Assembly (NCBI GenBank): GCA_030065125.1
Contig: JASJDM010000016.1
Span: 52,328 to 116,327 of the forward strand
From: Lysobacterales bacterium
Lineage (GTDB): Bacteria; Pseudomonadota; Gammaproteobacteria; Xanthomonadales; SZUA-38
Length of the DNA: 64,000 nt
Reading direction: 5' to 3'
How positions within the stretch are numbered: the stretch's first letter is position 1; the number at the start of each line of letters is the position of its first letter. The position numbers and the translations under genes were made by a program. A model generated the notes under the pieces. The model searched no databases and was not told where the DNA came from. It worked only from the letters and a program-made list of their open reading frames with translations. Shown here piece by piece: positions 1-9,617 of this stretch.

Positions 1-312
1 CGCCTGAAATCCGCGCTGCAGGACTACTTCGCCTGGCTGGACAACCCGGACGACTTTGTCTCGGCCGGCGGTGAAACCCGGCCCCAGCCGGTCAAGCGCG
101 CCCAGGCAGGCCGGAAATCCGCAGAGGAAAAGGCCCTGGAGGGTATCCGGCTGACCGCCACCAGCATGCCCGCAGACCTTTTGCCGATTCCCCTGCGCCC
201 GGACCGTGTGGTCTATATTCAGAATCTCCCGCTGGATCTCACCGCTGATGAAGCTGAGAAGATCCAGCGCGTCGTCGGCGCACTGGCCGTGGCCAGGGAC
301 AGCGACTCGTGA
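1..312 (+). CDS. Hypothetical protein, 5'-truncated by the window edge (not in ORF track)
   Basis: Frame 1 is open from base 1: RLKSALQDYFAWLDNPDDF...IPLRPDRVVYIQNLPLDLTADEAEKIQRVVGALAVARDSDS*, TGA at 310-312. GC-rich codon usage; the stop overlaps the next GTG start (GTGA). Confidence 0.7.
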   Translation, partial: RLKSALQDYFAWLDNPDDFVSAGGETRPQPVKRAQAGRKSAEEKALEGIRLTATSMPADLLPIPLRPDRVVYIQNLPLDLTADEAEKIQRVVGALAVARDSDS

Positions 313-899
313 ATCGTTACATGCTGGTTGCGCCGTTGGCGCTGTTCGGCGTGGCCGGGGTGGCCCTGTATTACTACTTCATGCAGGGGGGAGCGGGAGG
401 CCCGTTCCACGACAACCTGCTGCCGGAGCTCATCGGGTTCTGCATCGAGGGGTTCTTCCTGGTTGGGCTGTTGAGCTTTTTCCAGCAAACCCGCGAGCAC
501 GAGCGCCGCAAGGCATTGTGGCTCAGCCTGCGTGGTGCCTTGCGTGAGTTCCTGTCGCATCTCGACGTCGCATTCCTGGCCCAGGACGCTGAACCGTCCA
601 ATTCACAGTCCCTGGAGCAGGATCCCACGGTTGTGGGTGAACTGCTGGGCAAGCTGAAGGAATCCGAACTGGACCTGGACAGCATGGTCTCGCTCAAGGA
701 GATTGCCATTCGCAACCTGGGCCTGGCCCACGACCTCATTCCCGTGGCAGCCCAGCTCAGCGCGGGTCATATGCGCTGGTGGATTGCCATTGTGGATGCG
801 ATGCGCTCGCTGACCGAGGCCGGCGACCGTGACGCGGTGGAGCGCAGCATCTACACCATGCTGATGAACGTCAGGGAGTTTGACGACCTGCGGCTGTAG
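309..899 (+). CDS. Hypothetical membrane-anchored protein (two N-terminal hydrophobic segments, helical C-terminus)
   Basis: 196-aa ORF coupled to the upstream gene by a GTGA overlap; host-like codon usage; no recognised motif. Confidence 0.7.
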   Translation: MNRYMLVAPLALFGVAGVALYYYFMQGGAGGPFHDNLLPELIGFCIEGFFLVGLLSFFQQTREHERRKALWLSLRGALREFLSHLDVAFLAQDAEPSNSQSLEQDPTVVGELLGKLKESELDLDSMVSLKEIAIRNLGLAHDLIPVAAQLSAGHMRWWIAIVDAMRSLTEAGDRDAVERSIYTMLMNVREFDDLRL

Positions 900-999
900 G
901 GCCTGGCCATGGACCTGACGCACGCCATTGGCGCTTGCCCCTGGCGGCCCCGTTGGGGACTCTGAGATTCAGTGAACCGGATGACAGGACACTAATGGA

Positions 1000-1410
1000 C
1001 TAACGGTTCCAGCAATAGTCGACGTCTTTGTCGCCGGTGATGGTCCGGACGCCTGTGTTGCTCAGGCCAAAGGTCAGGCAGTCGGTGTCGCCGGTCTGGT
1101 TACCCACGGGGACGGCCTGCAGGGTATAGCTGGTCGCCAGCACGTTGCCCGAAATCAGGTAGTAGGCGTTTTCCGAGTCGTAGCCCCCGCCGAGATCGGT
1201 GGCGATGTTGCAGGACGCGTTGTTGTAGGTCCCGAACCGGGTGAAACAGCGTTCCAGACCCTGCTGGGCGCCCACCAGCCCCGTCTTGGCGTCACCGCGC
1301 CGGGAACGCTCCACGAATTCTGAGTAGGCCGGGATGGCGATGGACGCCAGGATGGCAACTATGGCAACCACGACCATCAGTTCAATCAGGGTGAATCCAC
1401 GTTGTTTCAT
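1000..1410 (-). CDS. pilE: Type IV minor pilin PilE
   Basis: Class III signal MKQRG/FTLIELMVVVAIVAILASIAIPAY with Glu+5; last gene of the fimT-pilVWXY1 operon; start placed at the ATG at 1410. Confidence 0.9.
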   Translation of the reverse strand: MKQRGFTLIELMVVVAIVAILASIAIPAYSEFVERSRRGDAKTGLVGAQQGLERCFTRFGTYNNASCNIATDLGGGYDSENAYYLISGNVLATSYTLQAVPVGNQTGDTDCLTFGLSNTGVRTITGDKDVDYCWNR

Positions 1411-1494
1411 GTCAGTTCTCATTATGTCAATGAACGGGGCCGGTGCCCCGCTCATTGTAACTCACGGAGCGCAAACGGCTGCGCTCCCGTCCAA

Positions 1495-4400
1495 TCAGTT
1501 CAGCTCACGCTCACCCCAAACGGTGCGGCCTTCCTTGATGCAGCCGATGGGAATCCGCTGTCGGGTGACCGGGTCGATGACCACCACCGGGCGTGATCCC
1601 AGGGGGCAAGCCGAAATGATCTCGTCCTCGTCTGCGTCGGAGCAGGAGGCGTCGTTGGGGTTCAGGATGCAGAAGCAACCCGGACCACTCGGATCGTCGT
1701 AGCAGGACTGGACCCGCTCTTCACCCGTCTTGTCGATCACGACCGGCGGAACCAGCGGTGCCCCGGTGGAGAGCTCAAGCACGCCACAGTCGGTGCAGTC
1801 GATGGAATTACTGGCCAGTTTCGGCGCGCCGGTTACGGCATCGAGCACGTAAAGTCGCGGCACACCTCCCGGGGTACACGGCGTATTGGTGGGCTCAAAC
1901 GTAGTGAAAATCAGCACCCCGAAGTTCACCCTGGGCGTTGACACCACCCGCTCCCCGGTTGGGTCATTCAGGTTGAGGGCAAGATCGATGTACCAGCCCT
2001 GACCCAGTTCGCCGGGAATGGTGGTGGAATCGAAGTTCCGCAGGTTCAGGCCATTGTCCACCACGGTGGAACCCAGCTTGATCTGGTGCAGATCATCACG
2101 ATCCTTGGAAGAACCGATGTTGAAATCGGCCAGCGGGTCCAGGTCGGGTCGGTCTTCCACCACCGCGAAAAAGGTCTGCATCTGCGGATTGGCACTGACC
2201 GTGGCATCGGAGGTTTCAAAGAACTTGCCGCTGCCGAAGAACAGCGCCAGGTCGCCCTGAGGCGTTCGGGTCAGGGTCGGCGCAGAGGTAATGGGCTGAC
2301 GATTGCCGTTGGGATCCGTCGCCACGAACAGCGGCAGCGGGTTGCCCCCGGAGGTGAATGCGGAACTCCAGGATCCGGGGCTTGCGTCGGATAGATCGAA
2401 CTTCCACAGGTTGCCCTGCAGGTCGCCGATGTAGGCATTGGCCACCGACAGCCCATCCACTCCGTTCAACTCCAGACGCGGCGACGCCAGGCCTGCGGGG
2501 TTGACCGCATCGCCCACCTCGGTTTCCAGCTTGGCAATCACGCTGCCGGTGAACAGGTCTACCACGAACAGGATGCCGTCGTTGTTCTGGCTGTTGTAGC
2601 CGTTGCCGAAAATGGCCACCCAGCGGCCATCCGAGATGCGGGAAATCACCGGCCGGCCGATGGTCACGCCCAGGTCCGGGTCGTCATTGCCGGACAGCTC
2701 CCACAGCACGTCGGAGGCGTCGAAGCTGGTGGGGTCCGTGATATCCAGCGCGAACACCGCGCGACCGCCGGCACCCGTAGCGCCCACCAGGATGGTTCTC
2801 CAGCCGCCATTGTAGGCATCACCCACGGTGGCGGTGGAATCCACATAAAACTCGTGCAGGTAATTGGGGTTGCCCAGTTCAGCGGTCTTGGGAATCACGT
2901 CCCGCGGCACGTAGGCCATCATTTCCGTCCCGTCCTCGGCCCGGAATCCGTGCATCATGGCGTCATTGGCCCCCACGTACACCATCAGCGGTCGGGACTG
3001 CTTGGTGGTGTCCACGTAGTTCAGATAGCTCATGCCGCCGCCGGCGCCACCGGGCAGGCGCGCCCAGCCTTCGTTACCGGGTCCGGCAACTACCGGCTCG
3101 GAGTTCACCACGTCACCCAGCAGGTTCTGGCGGTCCCGCAGAGGGCTGCCGGCCAGGGACTGGTCACCGGCAATGAAATCGATGAACTGTGAACCCGTGA
3201 ACAGCGGCGACGCGTCGGTGATGTCAACGCCCAGCACCGTCTGGATGCTGGTGGCCAGGGCAGTCTGGACCGATGTGTCCAGGTTATTGTAGTCAAACGT
3301 CGTACCGCCGCTGTCGTTAATGGTCAGGATGTTGCGGGGCGAGGTGCGCGCCTGGAGCACCGATTCAGCGTTCCAGTCGATGGAACCGTCCAGGGCCAGG
3401 GCCACCAGGTTGCCGGACCAGTCAAAGCTGTCGAAGGCTGCCTGGTACAAGCGGCTCTCCGTGGTCAGTCGGGTCGATGTTGCGGTCAGAGCGGTGGTGG
3501 GCCGGGACCGCTGCACGATATCCTGCAGCGCGCTGGAAAACTGCTCCGCAACCTCGGTGGGTGTGGCGGCATTCAGCATCAGGCCGCGGCCGTTGACGGC
3601 AGCGTGATACAGGTCATCGATCTGGGTCGGATCCCGGCTGCCGTTGACGTCGGGCCATGTCGGCGGGTTGTCATAGGCGTCTTCGATCTCGGTATGGGTC
3701 ACGTTGTAAATGGTGCCCCGGCCGTTCAGCACCACCATATAGGTGTTCATGTGCGAGTCCGTCTTGCAGTCCAGCGGCGTTGGGAATGTCGCGGTGTCGC
3801 AGTCCCGCGGCACTGCCACGTCACCCCGGTTCTGGATGGGAATGCCCAGCCCGCTGATATCCAGGTTCTCGTAGTAGTCCATGGCAATGTCAGCGATGGA
3901 GTCGCTGATGTTATCGGCATAGGGCGAGCCCTCACCGCCGTCGGCATTGCCGGGGCTGGGGATGCCGCCCAGGGAGGAAAACCCGTCGGTGAACATGACC
4001 GCGAAGTTCTTCTGGCACTCGAACTCGATGATGGGGTTACTGGTTCGCTCGAACTGCAGGCCCGCGTGATTCAGCGCCTGCCGGTTGGGGGTACCGCCAC
4101 CGAAATTCTCGGCCACGATGTCCTCCAGGAAATCTTCGCGCTCATCCACCGCGGGGTTGTTGTCGAAATTCCGCATGGTGACGGTGTTTCGGTTGTTGAT
4201 GGTGAAGTAACCAACGTTGAAGCCCAGTCGCAGGTCACGGAAGGCGCCCACGATGCCGTTGCGCACCGACAGGTGGCGCTTGCGGTAGTAGCTGAACCAG
4301 TTGGCGAAGTTCTGCATCTCCTGGGTGCCGGCGCTGATGTCGGTACGAACCAGGCAGGAGCCGTCGGGTCCCAGCGCGTCCACATCGCCGGTAATGGTGT

Positions 4401-5241
4401 TCAGGTCGCTGGGGCGACGCTCGAACAGCTTGTAGTTGGCCGGCAGCGGAGCACCGCAGTCGCCCAGCACGATGGCGCCGCCACCATCCAGCACCGAATA
4501 GGTGCCGGTGTCCACCGGCGTGTAGTAAAACGCCGGATAGAAGTCCACGCCCCGCTGGCGGTCATCGCCACCGGTCCAGACCGTGTCCGTTGCTGCCGTG
4601 ACCCAGCTGGTGCCGTTGTGCCAGCGGGTTCCTTCGGGAATGACCATGCCGTTGTGGAAATGGTAGCGGTCATTGCCGCCGCTGAATTCAAAGTCCGAGG
4701 TCAGGTCAAAATCGCGGTTGGCGTTACCGGTTGACCCGGAGGGATCCGACACGGCGTTGCGTTCGTCCATATCCACGAAGGTGCGCCCCGGAAAGCTGGG
4801 CCACGGATCGTAGGTCTGGGTCGGGTCGTAGTAGCCGGCGTTGTAGGCCGAACTGCGCATGAAGTTGTACTGGGCAAACGGCGGAATCAGCTTGTGACTG
4901 CCGGTCCCCGGTCCCTCGGTAAACGGAAACAGATAGGCGGATTTACCATCGTTGAAGCCGTTGTCGCGGTTGAAGAACAGCGTACCGTCGTCACGCACAA
5001 ACGAGTCGACGTTGCCGCGCTGCCACCATAGCGACCCGTCATTGGTCGGCACGATAGTCTCGAAGGACATGGAGCCGGAGTCATCCAGCACCACCATGAC
5101 GTTGCTCTTGACGTTCTGAAAGACCACCAGGGGCTGTGAAGCAATGTCCAGAGCGCCCCAGGCGTTACCGCTGAAGAAGCAGGCGAACGCAAGTCCGGCG
5201 ACGCACTGCAGCTTATTCCCAAATTGACGTTTCATGTCCAT
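1495..5241 (-). CDS. pilY1: Type IV pilus tip adhesin PilY1 (vWA domain plus beta-propeller)
   Basis: Sec signal; vWA MIDAS-like VLDDSGSM...GGTP...MFTDG; PilY1 propeller motifs VYVGANDAMMHGF, YVDST, GATGAGGR, YIGDLQGNLWKFD; sits between pilX and pilE. Confidence 0.92.
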   Translation of the reverse strand: MDMKRQFGNKLQCVAGLAFACFFSGNAWGALDIASQPLVVFQNVKSNVMVVLDDSGSMSFETIVPTNDGSLWWQRGNVDSFVRDDGTLFFNRDNGFNDGKSAYLFPFTEGPGTGSHKLIPPFAQYNFMRSSAYNAGYYDPTQTYDPWPSFPGRTFVDMDERNAVSDPSGSTGNANRDFDLTSDFEFSGGNDRYHFHNGMVIPEGTRWHNGTSWVTAATDTVWTGGDDRQRGVDFYPAFYYTPVDTGTYSVLDGGGAIVLGDCGAPLPANYKLFERRPSDLNTITGDVDALGPDGSCLVRTDISAGTQEMQNFANWFSYYRKRHLSVRNGIVGAFRDLRLGFNVGYFTINNRNTVTMRNFDNNPAVDEREDFLEDIVAENFGGGTPNRQALNHAGLQFERTSNPIIEFECQKNFAVMFTDGFSSLGGIPSPGNADGGEGSPYADNISDSIADIAMDYYENLDISGLGIPIQNRGDVAVPRDCDTATFPTPLDCKTDSHMNTYMVVLNGRGTIYNVTHTEIEDAYDNPPTWPDVNGSRDPTQIDDLYHAAVNGRGLMLNAATPTEVAEQFSSALQDIVQRSRPTTALTATSTRLTTESRLYQAAFDSFDWSGNLVALALDGSIDWNAESVLQARTSPRNILTINDSGGTTFDYNNLDTSVQTALATSIQTVLGVDITDASPLFTGSQFIDFIAGDQSLAGSPLRDRQNLLGDVVNSEPVVAGPGNEGWARLPGGAGGGMSYLNYVDTTKQSRPLMVYVGANDAMMHGFRAEDGTEMMAYVPRDVIPKTAELGNPNYLHEFYVDSTATVGDAYNGGWRTILVGATGAGGRAVFALDITDPTSFDASDVLWELSGNDDPDLGVTIGRPVISRISDGRWVAIFGNGYNSQNNDGILFVVDLFTGSVIAKLETEVGDAVNPAGLASPRLELNGVDGLSVANAYIGDLQGNLWKFDLSDASPGSWSSAFTSGGNPLPLFVATDPNGNRQPITSAPTLTRTPQGDLALFFGSGKFFETSDATVSANPQMQTFFAVVEDRPDLDPLADFNIGSSKDRDDLHQIKLGSTVVDNGLNLRNFDSTTIPGELGQGWYIDLALNLNDPTGERVVSTPRVNFGVLIFTTFEPTNTPCTPGGVPRLYVLDAVTGAPKLASNSIDCTDCGVLELSTGAPLVPPVVIDKTGEERVQSCYDDPSGPGCFCILNPNDASCSDADEDEIISACPLGSRPVVVIDPVTRQRIPIGCIKEGRTVWGERELN

Positions 5242-5277
5242 ACCCTCCGGGCAGCCAGTCAGCCGACCGTTGTCAAA

Positions 5278-5826
5278 TCAGTCTTCGTAGTAATAAGTCG
5301 TTACAACCAGGTCACTGGCCCTGGCCGCCGGTCCTTCGGCGTAGCCAAACACCAGAAAATAAGACGAGCGGTTGCCCGCACCCACCAGGGGTTCTTCCTC
5401 CAGCGGCTTGCAGGCCACGCTGCGCCCTCCGACCCCGCTCATTTCCACCACCTGGTACCGCATGTCACCGCGGTTGGTGTAGGTGGTCGGCGGCGTCGGC
5501 CAGGTGGTGGGATCCGGGTTGGCCAGGATCTTGCCGCCGGCGCAGTCATAGACACCGAGTCCGCTGTCCACCCAGGTCTGGGGCAGGAGCCCGCCCGAGG
5601 TGCCGGTTTCGGCGGCAACCTTGACGATCTGCTCCACCTGCCGGACGATGTCCTCGGCGGTCTGAAACGCCAGGTTGGCCTCGCGAACGTTGCCGGCCAT
5701 GCGTTCCTGCAGCGTCGTGCTGCGCATGGCGCTGATGGATATCAGCGACAGGACCATCAGCATCATCAGTCCCATGATCAGCGCCACGCCTTTTTGTCGT
5801 TTGAAGTTGTTCATGGAATGCCTCAA
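5278..5826 (-). CDS. pilX: Type IV pilus assembly protein PilX
   Basis: RQKG/VALIMGLMMLMVLSLISISAMRSTTLQERMAGN...AFQTAE is the PilX N-terminal signature (no Glu+5). Confidence 0.9.
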   Translation of the reverse strand: MRHSMNNFKRQKGVALIMGLMMLMVLSLISISAMRSTTLQERMAGNVREANLAFQTAEDIVRQVEQIVKVAAETGTSGGLLPQTWVDSGLGVYDCAGGKILANPDPTTWPTPPTTYTNRGDMRYQVVEMSGVGGRSVACKPLEEEPLVGAGNRSSYFLVFGYAEGPAARASDLVVTTYYYED

Positions 5827-6989
5827 ATCACGTTGACGCGGTTACGGACGGCCACGGTCGTTGAAAAGACCTGGCGCAGCCGGGAATCGTCGATGGGATC
5901 TACGATGGTGCCCTGCAGATCGTAGGTCTGATCGTCCACCTCCAGGTCCGCGGCCTCGTTGGATCGAACCAGCAGGGAGACCCTGATGGAAACGATGTTG
6001 CCGGGTGTGACCACGGCGTCGGCCTCCAGGTAATTCACGTTGCCGAAAATATCCAGTTCGCCATACATGACCTGGATGTTCTCCACGCCCTCGATCAGTT
6101 CCTCGGGCACACCGTCACCGCCAAAATCCATCTGGAACAGGGCCGGCTGACCGCTGGCACCGATCCCCACGTAGAACAGGACGCTGTGAAACGGCAGCAC
6201 CTGGGCTTCGTCGTTGTAGTTTCGGCTCAAGCCGGCCGCGATGTTGCCGGGCACCGGCCCGCCATCATCCAGCGAAAACACCGGCGAACCGTCGTTGGTG
6301 CGCTGAAACAGGTCGCCACCGGTATTGCAGTCGGTGACCAGCACCAGGCTGCCCTCGGGGTAGATGGCGTCCAGCTGATTCTGGCTGTAGGGAGCCGGCG
6401 GTGTCGCGCCGCAGGCGACCCCCATGTTCAGGGCCAGGTCCGCCGTGCCGGCGTTGTAGCCGCAGGCCGTCAACCGGTCGATGGGATCGGAATACTTGAT
6501 GATCAGCACGTCACTGCCCGGCACCGCGCGATCGATCACGTCCTGGGGAACCGGCAGGCCAAAGTTCGAGTTGTAGTCTCCTCCGGCCACTTCACCCAGG
6601 GCCAGCTCCGGCAGCGCGTAGGCGTCTCCCTCATTGGTCCCGTCGTACTCGAATCCAACGATGGGTACGTTGGGGTTATGAATCGCCGCGAAGTATCCGG
6701 CGGACGCGGTATTCAGCACCTGGTTGACGTTCAGATTGGCCACGCAGAAGTTGACCCGGCCCGCCGGACGCAAGCGCGGCTTCAGCACCTCCAGCACAAA
6801 TCGGCCGGACTCCTGCACCCGGGACAGAGCCTGCTGGGAGCGGTAGGCCTGGTTGGTGGAATAGAACACCTGCACCACGCCGCCGGCGATGATGACCCCC
6901 AGCAACAGTGCCACCATCAGTTCGATCAGTCCGAAGCCCCGCTGGGCGGCTGCCCGGTTTCCATTTCCCTGGTTCCCGATTCCGTTCAT
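5823..6989 (-). CDS. pilW: Type IV pilus assembly protein PilW
   Basis: QRG/FGLIELMVALLLG...QESGRF; C-terminal ELIEGVENIQVMYG...VSIRVSLLVRS...LRQVFSTTVAVRN; the ATG at 6989 overlaps the pilV stop (ATGA). Confidence 0.9.
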   Translation of the reverse strand: MNGIGNQGNGNRAAAQRGFGLIELMVALLLGVIIAGGVVQVFYSTNQAYRSQQALSRVQESGRFVLEVLKPRLRPAGRVNFCVANLNVNQVLNTASAGYFAAIHNPNVPIVGFEYDGTNEGDAYALPELALGEVAGGDYNSNFGLPVPQDVIDRAVPGSDVLIIKYSDPIDRLTACGYNAGTADLALNMGVACGATPPAPYSQNQLDAIYPEGSLVLVTDCNTGGDLFQRTNDGSPVFSLDDGGPVPGNIAAGLSRNYNDEAQVLPFHSVLFYVGIGASGQPALFQMDFGGDGVPEELIEGVENIQVMYGELDIFGNVNYLEADAVVTPGNIVSIRVSLLVRSNEAADLEVDDQTYDLQGTIVDPIDDSRLRQVFSTTVAVRNRVNVI

Positions 6990-7459
6990 ATCCTCGTTTC
7001 CATTTCGAACCACTGCAGGTTGGTGTCAGCAGTGTCGTATCCCCCGGACGCATTGGAGCCACCGGTGACCCCACCGATAGTTTCATCCACCCAGCGGACC
7101 CGAACCGTTATGGCGCAGTCCGCTGCTGAACAGTTGATGGCGCCGCCGCCGGCGCCGACCACTTCCAGTACCCCGCCCGGCAGGGTAGCCGCAACGATGT
7201 CCGCCCACTCACCCAGCTGGGCCGCCGACGGACCGCCGTTCAGAATGAGCTGCTGTCGGTTGGCCCGGATGCGGTCCAGGAGCTCGTAGGACACATTGGT
7301 GGCCTGGGTGCGCTGGTAGGCGTTGAAGTTGTTGCGCAGGGAAATGCCCTGCAGCCCCGCCAGGCCCAGCAGTCCAAATGACAGGATCAGCAGAGCCACC
7401 AGTACCTCGATCAGGGTCACACCGCGCTGTCGGCGGCCAGTTTGGGTCTCCCGATTCAT
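6986..7459 (-). CDS. pilV: Type IV pilus modification protein PilV
   Basis: QRG/VTLIEVLVALLILSFGLLGLAGLQ...RTQA...ELLDRIRAN; the ATG at 7459 overlaps the fimT stop. Confidence 0.9.
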   Translation of the reverse strand: MNRETQTGRRQRGVTLIEVLVALLILSFGLLGLAGLQGISLRNNFNAYQRTQATNVSYELLDRIRANRQQLILNGGPSAAQLGEWADIVAATLPGGVLEVVGAGGGAINCSAADCAITVRVRWVDETIGGVTGGSNASGGYDTADTNLQWFEMETRI

Positions 7460-7938
7460 CAGCAATCCTTCCTTTCCACTGATATTGCGCCGGATCGGGA
7501 TATCGTGATGTCCCGGTTGTTCTGGTTCTTGCAGCCATCTGCCAGGATGTTGAGCAGGTAGGCCTGGGGCAGGAAACCGCTGGGCAGAAAATCCATCGGG
7601 TCCGCATCCACCGTCAGTACGCCTGCCTCGGTCGCTGCAAACTCCAGCAGCACCTCGTCCCCGGCGTCGTCGTAGTCACCATCGTTGTTGGTGTCCAGCT
7701 TCAACTGGTAGCCGGTGTTCCAATCTCCATCCACGGACCAGAGGCCGACCCGCTGGCCCCGGGACAGCGCCTCGTTGCGGGCCAGCTGCAGCACGCCGAT
7801 CACCTCGTTGACCTGGGACGTCGTGCGCTGGTTCTGCACAAAATTGTTAAACGCCGGGATGCCGATGGTGATCACGATTGCGAGCACCGCAAGCGCCATC
7901 ACCAGCTCCACCAATGTAAATCCGTATTCGCGTTTCAT
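7459..7938 (-). CDS. fimT: GspH/FimT family minor pilin
   Basis: G/FTLVELVMALAVLAIVITIGIPAF...LQLARNEALSRG; first gene of the operon. The FimT versus FimU distinction is uncertain. Confidence 0.82.
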   Translation of the reverse strand: MKREYGFTLVELVMALAVLAIVITIGIPAFNNFVQNQRTTSQVNEVIGVLQLARNEALSRGQRVGLWSVDGDWNTGYQLKLDTNNDGDYDDAGDEVLLEFAATEAGVLTVDADPMDFLPSGFLPQAYLLNILADGCKNQNNRDITISRSGAISVERKDC

Positions 7939-8169
7939 GGCTACCTTATATAATGAGATTTACAGTCGCCTCAACGGCTGGCCGATGGTCGGCCATGATT
8001 GCGTTACCAGCGGCAACTGCCTGAATTTAAAGCGCGCCAGACGGGCCCCGGACCCAGAATGCCTGCTTTCCCTGTGGGTGCCATTGTAACAGGCCAGGCG
8101 GATGCAAATTCGGGCTGAACGGTAGCGCAGGCATTGACAACCGGCGCCGCCGGCGCCACCTTGCAGACC

Positions 8170-8841
8170 ATGGAAAGCCCCTACCAGAACATCTGGCGAG
8201 ACGGCCTCTGGCACAACAATGCCGGACTGGTTCAGCTGCTGGGCCTGTGTCCTCTGCTGGCCGTGTCATCCACGGTGGTCTACGGTCTCGGTTTGGGGCT
8301 GGCCACCACATTCACCCTGGTGCTGTCCAACGCCATCGTGTCGCTGTCACGTGGGTGGATTTCCCCAGAAGTGCGAATCCCGGTCTTCGTGGTGATCATT
8401 GCCGCTGCCGTCACCCTGGTGGAACTGGTGATTCACGCCTTCGCCTTTGAGCTCTACCAGGCGCTGGGCATTTTCCTGCCGCTGATCGTGACCAACTGCG
8501 CCATCATCGCCCGGGCCGAGGCATTTGCTTCCCGCAACGGCCTGGGCCCCGCCGCGGCGGACGGGCTGGCCATCGGGCTTGGCTTCACCGCCGTATTGCT
8601 GGTCCTTGGCGCCATGCGCGAGATCCTGGGCCGGGGGACCCTGTTCGACCAGATGGAGCTGGTGCTGGGTGAATGGGGCGCGCGGCTGGTTCTGGACCTG
8701 CCCGGGCTGTCCGGCTTCCTGCCGGCACTGCTCCCCCCGGGGGCCTTTATCTGCCTGGGGCTGCTGGTCGCCGCCAAAAAAGCCCTCGACAATCGCGGCG
8801 CCAGAGAAATTCCTGCGGGAGTGCCGGAGCCCCAGGCGTGA
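8170..8841 (+). CDS. rsxE: Electron transport complex subunit E (RnfE/RsxE)
   Basis: GLWHNNAGLVQLLGLCPLLAVS, EVRIPVFVVIIAA, LGIFLPLIVTNCAII, GAMREILG; immediately followed by nth as in rsxE-nth loci. Confidence 0.93.
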   Translation: MESPYQNIWRDGLWHNNAGLVQLLGLCPLLAVSSTVVYGLGLGLATTFTLVLSNAIVSLSRGWISPEVRIPVFVVIIAAAVTLVELVIHAFAFELYQALGIFLPLIVTNCAIIARAEAFASRNGLGPAAADGLAIGLGFTAVLLVLGAMREILGRGTLFDQMELVLGEWGARLVLDLPGLSGFLPALLPPGAFICLGLLVAAKKALDNRGAREIPAGVPEPQA

Positions 8842-9470
8842 AACTCGCGCAGCGGAACGAGATGTTCCGCCGGCTGCAGCAGGCCAACCCCCACCCGACC
8901 ACTGAACTGGAGTATCAGAATCCGTTCGAGCTGCTGATCGCGGTGATCCTGTCGGCCCAGGCCACCGACGTCTCGGTCAATAAAGCCACGGCCAGGCTGT
9001 TTCCGGTAGCCAACACGCCCCAGGCCATCCTGAGCCTCGGCGAGGAGGGCCTGAAGCAGCATATCCGGACCATCGGACTGTTCAACAGCAAGGCCGCAAA
9101 CATCATGGTCACCTGCCAGCTGCTGCTCGAGCAGCACAATGGCCAGGTCCCGCAAACCCGTGAGGAGCTCCAGGCGTTGCCCGGTGTTGGGCGAAAAACC
9201 GCCAACGTGGTGCTCAACACGGCTTTCGGCCAGCCCACCATGGCGGTGGATACCCACATCTTCCGGGTGAGCAACCGGACCGGGCTGGCACCGGGAAAAA
9301 CACCTCTGGCGGTGGAAAAAAAACTGCTGAAGGCGGTCCCGAAACCCTATCTGGTGGACGCGCACCACTGGCTGATCCTGCACGGGCGCTACGTCTGCAA
9401 GGCCCGCAAACCGGACTGCGCGGACTGCATTATTGCCGACCTCTGCCGCTACGCGCACCGGACCAAATGA
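8838..9470 (+). CDS. nth: Endonuclease III
   Basis: GTG start overlaps the rsxE stop; FELLIAVILSAQATD, HhH motif LPGVGRKTANVVLN, AVDTH, and 4Fe-4S motif CKARKPDCADCIIADLC. Confidence 0.95.
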   Translation: MKLAQRNEMFRRLQQANPHPTTELEYQNPFELLIAVILSAQATDVSVNKATARLFPVANTPQAILSLGEEGLKQHIRTIGLFNSKAANIMVTCQLLLEQHNGQVPQTREELQALPGVGRKTANVVLNTAFGQPTMAVDTHIFRVSNRTGLAPGKTPLAVEKKLLKAVPKPYLVDAHHWLILHGRYVCKARKPDCADCIIADLCRYAHRTK

Positions 9471-9617
9471 TCCGTTAACACCATTCTTACAATCCCGGAC
9501 TATACTCAGCGCCGAAAAATGAAAGCATTTTTCCGGCCGCCGGGTCTTTGATGCTGTGGTTACGATTTGCAGCGTTAACAGCAGTCGGCAGCCAACAACA
9601 GGAAAACGAGTTTACGG

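Noticed and set aside
3820-3828. Integrin-binding RGD in PilY1 (also in PilX and PilE)
   Set aside because: A tripeptide occurs easily by chance in Arg/Gly/Asp-rich proteins; nothing suggests an animal host.
7939-8169. Sigma-54 promoter for the pilin operon
   Set aside because: TGGCGCG is present on the minus strand, but the required TTGC at -12 is not.
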